Virus record (IMG/VR): IMGVR_UViG_3300026762_000070 | Location: 1-21,704 of that record | Source: a virus | DNA length: 21,704 nt | Strand: one strand, 5' to 3' | Shown: positions 16,382 to 21,704 of the stretch, one piece after another | How positions within the stretch are numbered: the stretch's first letter is position 1 | Layout: each line of letters starts with the position of its first letter | Translations under genes and position numbers: made by a program | The notes under the pieces: model-generated | What the model was told of the DNA's origin: nothing | Seen by the model: the letters and a program-made list of their open reading frames with translations, nothing else | The model's database searches: none

Positions 16382-17904
16382 TGAATAGGGTAGAACAAAT
16401 GACTGAAGTATACCTATTAAATCTATACCCAGGGACGGTAACGGTAAGAGTAGTGGAATATGCAAAAGAATACGAAGGTACAAAAGAATCTGGGATAACT
16501 ACACCGCAAGCATTTCAATTAAAACTGTCAGAACACCAAATTGTCAACCTACTCAACACTAATTTTATACCGACTTCTCTAGAATACAAGGCGGTTTATC
16601 CACGTATGAAGTTTCCACATTTTTCTAATTATATAGGTATCATGGTTGAGGCTCAGGGGAGGGAAGCTATAAGTACTGTGCATGTACCATCATCAGTTCC
16701 ATTTTTTACTATTTATATTACTCAAGGATCTGACGGTTATCCACAAATTCAGACTAGCAATTCACCACCCCAAGTTGTACTAAATGAAATAGCAAGAACT
16801 AGTTCCACAACATCATCTCAGAGTTCTACGACGTCATCAACTAGTTCTACAACATCATCTAGTGCTACACAGAGTTCTACACCACCAACCACAACAACAA
16901 CGCCATTGTCTAGTACTACTAGTTCCTCTTCCAGTTCTACAAGTTCTCTAATAGACGAATTATTTAATATAATAGACTTACCAACATTTCAAAATTATAT
17001 TGATTACGCATACCTGGAAATCTCGTACTTGCTTAAGGGAAGTGGTTCTATTGCAAATCTCAGATCATATCTTCAACAAATATATGACGGCTTGCAGAAA
17101 GCAATAAACTTCCAAAACCAGGCTGGAGTTCATTTCGCAATTGTAGATGTATGGTGCCAAATTTATAAAAATCTTAAAACAATATGTGAAGAATTAAGTA
17201 ATGGAACGCTAACTGTAAGTAGCTTACAAAGCCTAAGAATGCCATCTGACATTTATGCTAATGCGTCATCATCTTACGAACGTGCTATAGCACAACAATG
17301 TGTAGATGATTATTGTAAAAATCTGAACTACTTCATTTCCCTTTTAAGTTCAACACAGAGTTCTACGACGTCGTCAACTAGTTCCACAACGACACCACCC
17401 AACCCTACTAGTTCCTCTTCCAGTTCTGCAACATCGTCTAGTGGCACTACGGTGTCGTCTTCATCTCCTACTACAATATCTCAGGGTCAGATATTAGCTC
17501 AGATACAGGCAGGTGACATAAATTCGCTTCAATCAGAAATGTCAGAATTACCCTCGAATATGGTTCCAGTAGTTAGTGCTGTTATTCAATTGTACCAAAC
17601 ATATGACATACCCGATGGAACTCCATTATCTACTGCAGTTGAACGTTTACTTAGTGATATTAGGGACGCATATTATAAAATAAGTAACCATAAGCAGGAA
17701 CTAGTAAACACGCAACAATTATCAAAGCTACTGCAAATATATAAAACTCTTGCTAGTAATGGCTTAGCACCTGCAAGCGAAAGTGCGTCGAAATTAAGTA
17801 AACTGGTGCAAACTTCAGGAGTTATGCCAGCTCTACCAGCTGTTTTAGGTCAATCTTATCCTGGCAGTGTGTATAACAATAATGTAAATAGCAATTTAGT
17901 CTAG
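16381..17904 (+). CDS. Modular protein: three globular domains separated by two Ser/Thr-rich linkers, ~501-507 aa (GTG 16381 or ATG 16399)
   Basis: Long ORF; S/T tracts at about 16800-16950 and 17345-17480; helical domains between them. Confidence 0.8.
   Translation: MNRVEQMTEVYLLNLYPGTVTVRVVEYAKEYEGTKESGITTPQAFQLKLSEHQIVNLLNTNFIPTSLEYKAVYPRMKFPHFSNYIGIMVEAQGREAISTVHVPSSVPFFTIYITQGSDGYPQIQTSNSPPQVVLNEIARTSSTTSSQSSTTSSTSSTTSSSATQSSTPPTTTTTPLSSTTSSSSSSTSSLIDELFNIIDLPTFQNYIDYAYLEISYLLKGSGSIANLRSYLQQIYDGLQKAINFQNQAGVHFAIVDVWCQIYKNLKTICEELSNGTLTVSSLQSLRMPSDIYANASSSYERAIAQQCVDDYCKNLNYFISLLSSTQSSTTSSTSSTTTPPNPTSSSSSSATSSSGTTVSSSSPTTISQGQILAQIQAGDINSLQSEMSELPSNMVPVVSAVIQLYQTYDIPDGTPLSTAVERLLSDIRDAYYKISNHKQELVNTQQLSKLLQIYKTLASNGLAPASESASKLSKLVQTSGVMPALPAVLGQSYPGSVYNNNVNSNLV
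16819..17427 (+). repeat. Duplicated Ser/Thr linker sequences
   Basis: 35-bp repeat with 2 mismatches at 16819-16853 and 17356-17390; 23-bp exact repeat at 16916-16938 and 17405-17427. Confidence 0.85.
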
Positions 17905-17939
17905 CAGAAACATAAAATTCACTTTATCGGAAACTGCTG

Positions 17940-18437
17940 TTAGGGACTAAAGATAATTTTTTCCTTTTCGAATAATTCCCTTATCTTTCTAGCTTCTTCT
18001 TCGTTTCTTTCTCCACCAGAATAAAGTAACGGTACGGCTATAGGTTCTTTCGTCAACCCTAACACATTAGCAAACTGTGTTATAATTTCCTTTAATATAG
18101 ATATCTTTAACATGTTAATTTCCTGCTCAACTCCGAACGCCGTAGGTCGAAGTTCTAATTGTAAAATGTCATCTATGTTTGAATTGATAATATCATTAAC
18201 CTTTACCAACAGTTCCCTAGTGTTCTTTACATCTCCAAGGTCAAACCCAAGCTTTATGTAATTCTGAAGTACAGTCTCAGCTACTCGTTTCAACTCATTA
18301 AAAATTATATTATTCTCAGCAACATCAAGTTCGCTAACTTGTTGTTCCAGAAACGTGGTGAGGTCAGCAAACGCATACAAAATAGAATTCGCATCGTTAT
18401 ACGAAAGAATAGAACCTAGTTTTTCTGAAAGTTTCAT
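17940..18437 (-). CDS. Hypothetical alpha-helical protein, 165 aa
   Basis: TTTTTAAA (18461-18468) 24 nt upstream of the ATG. Confidence 0.8.
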   Translation of the reverse strand: MKLSEKLGSILSYNDANSILYAFADLTTFLEQQVSELDVAENNIIFNELKRVAETVLQNYIKLGFDLGDVKNTRELLVKVNDIINSNIDDILQLELRPTAFGVEQEINMLKISILKEIITQFANVLGLTKEPIAVPLLYSGGERNEEEARKIRELFEKEKIIFSP

Positions 18438-18479
18438 ATAATGTACTTTGAAAATTAAGGTTTAAAAAAGGAAGTTGAC

Positions 18480-18827
18480 TTATGCGTTAACCACCTGTTC
18501 TGCGCTCATGGATGATAATAAGTTGTATGCTTCTTGCACTACAGGCATATATTGCTGTTGCACTTCTGGTGGGATTTCGACGTCCTGGAACCCCATACCT
18601 CTCTTCTTCAACCCTGCATTTTCTACTGCAGTCCTTATTGCTTCTACTACTTTATGAAGAATTGCTTTTACTTGTGGGTATCCATCCCTAGTCGCGTTAG
18701 CCTCTATTCCAGCGATCTTTAACGTTATTGTTGGGTATTTTGTTATTTTCCCGTCTAGTATTGCTTTTAATAGGTCTCTTGCCCCACCTATCACATCTTC
18801 TTTTCTTGGGAAATATTCATCCACCAT
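18480..18827 (-). CDS. ATV p131-like major virion protein (four-helix bundle, historically annotated as bicaudavirus major capsid protein), 115 aa
   Basis: YFPRKEDVIGGA...YPTITLKIAGIEANA...AILHKVVEAI...KRGMGFQ...IPPEV matches the p131 sequence as I recall it (YEPKKGDYAGGA...YPEVTLKLAGEEANA...AIHAIV...KGSGFQSQPIPGEV). Start set to ATG 18827 (TATA 18860-18867, GAGAGG upstream). Confidence 0.82.
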   Translation of the reverse strand: MVDEYFPRKEDVIGGARDLLKAILDGKITKYPTITLKIAGIEANATRDGYPQVKAILHKVVEAIRTAVENAGLKKRGMGFQDVEIPPEVQQQYMPVVQEAYNLLSSMSAEQVVNA

Positions 18828-18834
18828 TTTTCCT

Positions 18835-18852
18835 CTCAAACATATGTTTGAG
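18835..18852. promoter_or_regulatory. Palindromic site 7 (CTCAAACATATGTTTGAG, perfect 18-bp) over the expected transcription start of the p131-like gene
   Basis: Perfect inverted repeat between the TATA (18860-18867) and the ATG (18827). Confidence 0.82.
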
Positions 18853-18942
18853 CTGGTGGTTAAAAAACTTTTCGGGTGCATTTCTAAGCATTTGGCACGT
18901 TGAATAGGGACAGTTTCAGCCCAACCAGTTAGACAGAAATGG

Positions 18943-21704
18943 CTAACTCTGGGCATTCGTGACACGCAATGCCCAAATAGAGTAAATCAACGCAACGACT
19001 GCAAGCACAACCGTCAGTAGCACTATAGACATCGGGAAACCTATGGCAAGGAGGAAAGGTGCTACTGCAGTAATGTAAACAACAGACCCCAGTGCCATAC
19101 TGTTAGGTATTGTCCTGAACACGAAGCCGATGAAGAACGATACAAAGAACAGTGTAAGAATCGCAGTAGCTCCTAGGAAAGGTGAATTCGCAATAGCATT
19201 AGTCAGGGAAGCAACATTAAACCGCTGATAAGTGAGGGGTATGGTAACAGTAGAATTCGTAGTCTTTACTGTAACATTTCCAGTAGTCATTGGTAATATT
19301 ACCGTAGTTGGAGATGTAACACTTTCAGACAGTAATACTGTGCCGTTAGATGCAGTAAATGTGACGTTCACATTAACGTTTGTCGGCGACGAAAGCACCA
19401 ACTCAGGTCTATTTACAGAGTAATTATAAACCAAGTATGCCGTCACACTGCTGTTTACAGACGAAATTGAATAATGAACCAACCAAGGTGCTGTAAGATA
19501 AACACTACCATTGATTACGACACTGGCTTGATTAGGGTTAATGGTGGTAGTCGTTGTAGTTATGTTGATAGGTGTTGTGGTAGATGACGACGATGATACG
19601 TTAGAAGATGATACCAAAATCGGTGGCGGTGATGATACGTTAGAAGATGATACCAGGTTAGGTTGATAATTGGCGTAGAACGTCACTTTTTCAGATTTAG
19701 GGAGTATCACTACGCCACCAGTGAGGGACTGATAACTCTGTTCTGGTACTCCGAAAGGAGAAATTACGAATGACTGAGATGCGGAAATTACTGTAAAAGT
19801 TAGTGTCTGTGCGTTATATGTTACGGATATAGGAGACGAGGACACTGCAAGGACTGGGACGTTATACGTTACATTATAAAACGCGAAAGACGCACCTATG
19901 ATACCATTAGTGCCTGGAACTATGAGGTAGTTTTCGCCGTCAACCAGCTGTGTGTTTTGGACTGTGATCGAAGTGTTTGTGATAGTGTAGGAGAGAGAGA
20001 ACGGCGAATAGAAGTTAAATGATGTGACGCCTGAGGAAGAGACTAAAGGAATTGAGTTGACGCCGAAGTAGGAAACAAACGTATAAGATCCAGGGATTCC
20101 CAATCTAATTGCAAAAATTCCTATATCTTGCCATGGCATTGGTAGAATTTTATTCATAGTGTATAAAGTAGAATTAATGTAGATTGATTGCAAATCAACA
20201 TATCCGTTACTGGATTCTGTCAAAATAATTGTAAACGTAAATGGATAAGGATAGTTAGCACTAGGTGTGCTAAAGGAAGAATACGAACCATTAGGATATA
20301 TAAAGTATGATAAACCTCCATACCATGATATCTGAATGCCATACCAACCACCAAATTGATTATCGGTAGGTAAATCACCTAAATTAGGTGAAGCTATATC
20401 TATCGCTGGATTCCCACCAGCAACATACCAACTTGTTACATGCATAGTAACGTTGATTTCGTTAGATATTAAAGAAACCCTCCAACCTATATATTGACCA
20501 GCTGTAGACGCACCTGCTCCATCCAATATAAGTTCACCATTTTCCCAATATGGGTAGATTTTCCAACCCGTACTTTCAACCATAGGTATATTCGCATAAA
20601 TCTGGTTACCTACAGCTAACGTAGTTAAGAAGAGGGGAACATTCGTGGAATTCCACGCACCTATTGAAGGAATGACGTTAACTGTACCGCTACTCATCAC
20701 TTGATAGAGTGTGGTAGTTAAAGTAAATGAAGGTGAGAACATGGGGAGAGGGGTCTGAGAGTTTACAATCGGTGCTGGTGATACGTAAACGTCGTAACTG
20801 ATGGGGTAGGGAAAGACTGCTACGTAAACTGTGCCAGTGTAAGGTGTGTTCGTGGTAGGGTTGGTAACAAGAGAGTATGCGGATAACAGCTGTGTGATAC
20901 CGAAGTAGGAGACGTAGAATAAGTTACCAACATCACCTCTTATTCCTATCCAATAAATTTTGTTCCACGGGAAGGGTATGTTGATGTCTGGAAAGCTGTA
21001 AAGTGTCCCGTTAACGTAAATCTGTGATATCGTTATATTACCAGCACTGTTCTCAGTGAGGATTACGGTCTCTGTAAACACTTTACCCATCAAGTTAGGT
21101 ATAGAAGAGGAAGAAATTAGTGTAGTTTGACCAGATGTGGGGGTTTCATACTGATAAGCACCAGACCACTGTATTGCCAGCCAATAATAATTACCACTTT
21201 GAAAATCATAAGCCGTAGACGGATTTGCCGAGAATATATCAATACCAGGATTGGCATTGCTGGATGGGAACGATGTCACGTGAATCGTTATGTTAATGGT
21301 GTTACTTACTGGTGAATATCTCCAAGCTATGTACTGACCGCCATTACTTGCTCCAGTACTATTCATCACCAGTTCGCCTTTTTCCCAATATGGGTAGATT
21401 TTCCATGATGTAGACTCCACGTTGTTCACGAACTGTTCAACACCGCCGTAAGGTGCTGGCGTGATACCGAAATAGGAAACGTAGAATGTGTTATTGAGAT
21501 CGCCTCTTACTCCCACGTAGCTTATCTGCGTCCACGGGAACGGAGTGTTTACATTTACTGTGTAAGCCGTTGAGTTGATGTATACGCTCTGTACTGTAAC
21601 GTTACCCGCTGAATTCTCAGTAAGAATAACACTCATTGTGAACGGATAATTAGGGTTAGGTTGAGGTAGAGAAGTGTAAAGTAGTTCCCAACCAGATGTT
21701 GGGG
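18943..21704 (-). CDS. 5'-truncated large membrane (glyco)protein with tandem ~170-aa beta-rich repeats and ~3 C-terminal TMs; putative adsorption or tail protein (>919 aa)
   Basis: The frame stays open upstream of ATG 21636 to the window edge (PTSGWELLYTSLPQPNPNYPFT, which resembles repeat sequence). Repeats are marked by WKIYPYWE.GEL, ILTE.S.G and VSYFG. Sequon-rich, hydrophobic C-terminus. Confidence 0.85.
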   Translation of the reverse strand, partial: PTSGWELLYTSLPQPNPNYPFTMSVILTENSAGNVTVQSVYINSTAYTVNVNTPFPWTQISYVGVRGDLNNTFYVSYFGITPAPYGGVEQFVNNVESTSWKIYPYWEKGELVMNSTGASNGGQYIAWRYSPVSNTINITIHVTSFPSSNANPGIDIFSANPSTAYDFQSGNYYWLAIQWSGAYQYETPTSGQTTLISSSSIPNLMGKVFTETVILTENSAGNITISQIYVNGTLYSFPDINIPFPWNKIYWIGIRGDVGNLFYVSYFGITQLLSAYSLVTNPTTNTPYTGTVYVAVFPYPISYDVYVSPAPIVNSQTPLPMFSPSFTLTTTLYQVMSSGTVNVIPSIGAWNSTNVPLFLTTLAVGNQIYANIPMVESTGWKIYPYWENGELILDGAGASTAGQYIGWRVSLISNEINVTMHVTSWYVAGGNPAIDIASPNLGDLPTDNQFGGWYGIQISWYGGLSYFIYPNGSYSSFSTPSANYPYPFTFTIILTESSNGYVDLQSIYINSTLYTMNKILPMPWQDIGIFAIRLGIPGSYTFVSYFGVNSIPLVSSSGVTSFNFYSPFSLSYTITNTSITVQNTQLVDGENYLIVPGTNGIIGASFAFYNVTYNVPVLAVSSSPISVTYNAQTLTFTVISASQSFVISPFGVPEQSYQSLTGGVVILPKSEKVTFYANYQPNLVSSSNVSSPPPILVSSSNVSSSSSTTTPINITTTTTTINPNQASVVINGSVYLTAPWLVHYSISSVNSSVTAYLVYNYSVNRPELVLSSPTNVNVNVTFTASNGTVLLSESVTSPTTVILPMTTGNVTVKTTNSTVTIPLTYQRFNVASLTNAIANSPFLGATAILTLFFVSFFIGFVFRTIPNSMALGSVVYITAVAPFLLAIGFPMSIVLLTVVLAVVALIYSIWALRVTNAQS
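19592..19655. repeat. 25-bp direct repeat (39-bp period) encoding LVSSSNVSS twice in a Ser/Thr/Pro linker
   Basis: GATGATACGTTAGAAGATGATACCA at 19592-19616 and 19631-19655. Confidence 0.85.
20062..21704 (-). repeat. At least three intragenic domain repeats (A: edge to ~21464; B: ~21420-20897; C: ~20580-20062)
   Basis: 26-bp exact repeat at 20540-20565 and 21380-21405 (840 bp apart); 27-bp repeat with 2 mismatches at 20894-20920 and 21461-21487 (567 bp apart). Confidence 0.85.

Larger units (their letters stand above)
1..21704. mobile_element. Segment of a bicaudavirus-like (ATV/SMV/ATSV-type) archaeal virus genome
   Basis: Co-occurrence of a MoxR ATPase + VWA pair, a second classical AAA ATPase, a p131-like virion protein and large glycoprotein-like membrane proteins, as in Acidianus two-tailed virus. 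Archaeal TATA/leaderless gene starts and GGTGA/GGTGG Shine-Dalgarno-like sites. No cellular core genes. Free virus versus provirus cannot be determined from this window. Confidence 0.88.

Noticed and set aside
18828-18965. 46-aa N-terminal extension of the p131-like ORF
   Set aside because: It covers the TATA and palindrome and overlaps the upstream gene; family similarity begins at MVDEY.
1210-21315. Numerous short ORFs overlapping longer genes (e.g. 1210-1464, 3642-3884, 5264-5599, 5858-6226, 7059-7394, 7920-8282, 9726-9959, 10138-10467, 11137-11490, 16286-16483, 18475-18722, 19232-19423, 21127-21315)
   Set aside because: They lie antisense or out of frame within well-supported genes, lack their own promoter or SD-like signals, and show no recognisable motifs.
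21634-21636. ATG 21636 as the start of the 897-aa protein
   Set aside because: The frame is open to the window edge and the upstream residues resemble repeat sequence; there is no signal peptide at this Met.
1-21704. Integrase, att site, tRNA, IS element or replication origin
   Set aside because: No tyrosine-recombinase or transposase motifs, no cloverleaf, and no intergenic region long enough for an origin or array in this window.

Overview
The whole 21.7 kb window looks like part of a large spindle-shaped crenarchaeal virus genome (Bicaudaviridae-like: ATV/SMV/ATSV group, probable Sulfolobales host). I see no host housekeeping genes, integrase, rRNA, tRNA or CRISPR array. Recognisable products are a T4-Pnkp-type HAD phosphatase, a GT-C (GT87/DUF2029-like) membrane glycosyltransferase, a MoxR/RavA AAA+ ATPase next to a VWA/MIDAS protein carrying a ~300-residue Glu/Gly/Gln/Ser tract, a second CDC48/Vps4-clade AAA ATPase, an ATV p131-like virion protein, and two large sequon-rich membrane proteins. 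One of the membrane proteins runs off the window edge and is built of tandem beta-rich repeats. About 15 other ORFs have no product I can name. Genes are densely packed, with archaeal TATA boxes typically 21-24 nt before the start codon (leaderless). The strongest unexplained signal is a palindrome, consensus CTCAAACA-NN-TGTTTGAG. It occurs at 7 promoter regions in two distinct geometries relative to the TATA box, and at 3 intragenic sites, which suggests an uncharacterised viral regulon or genome-wide protein-binding site. All family calls come from motifs read by eye; no database search was run.
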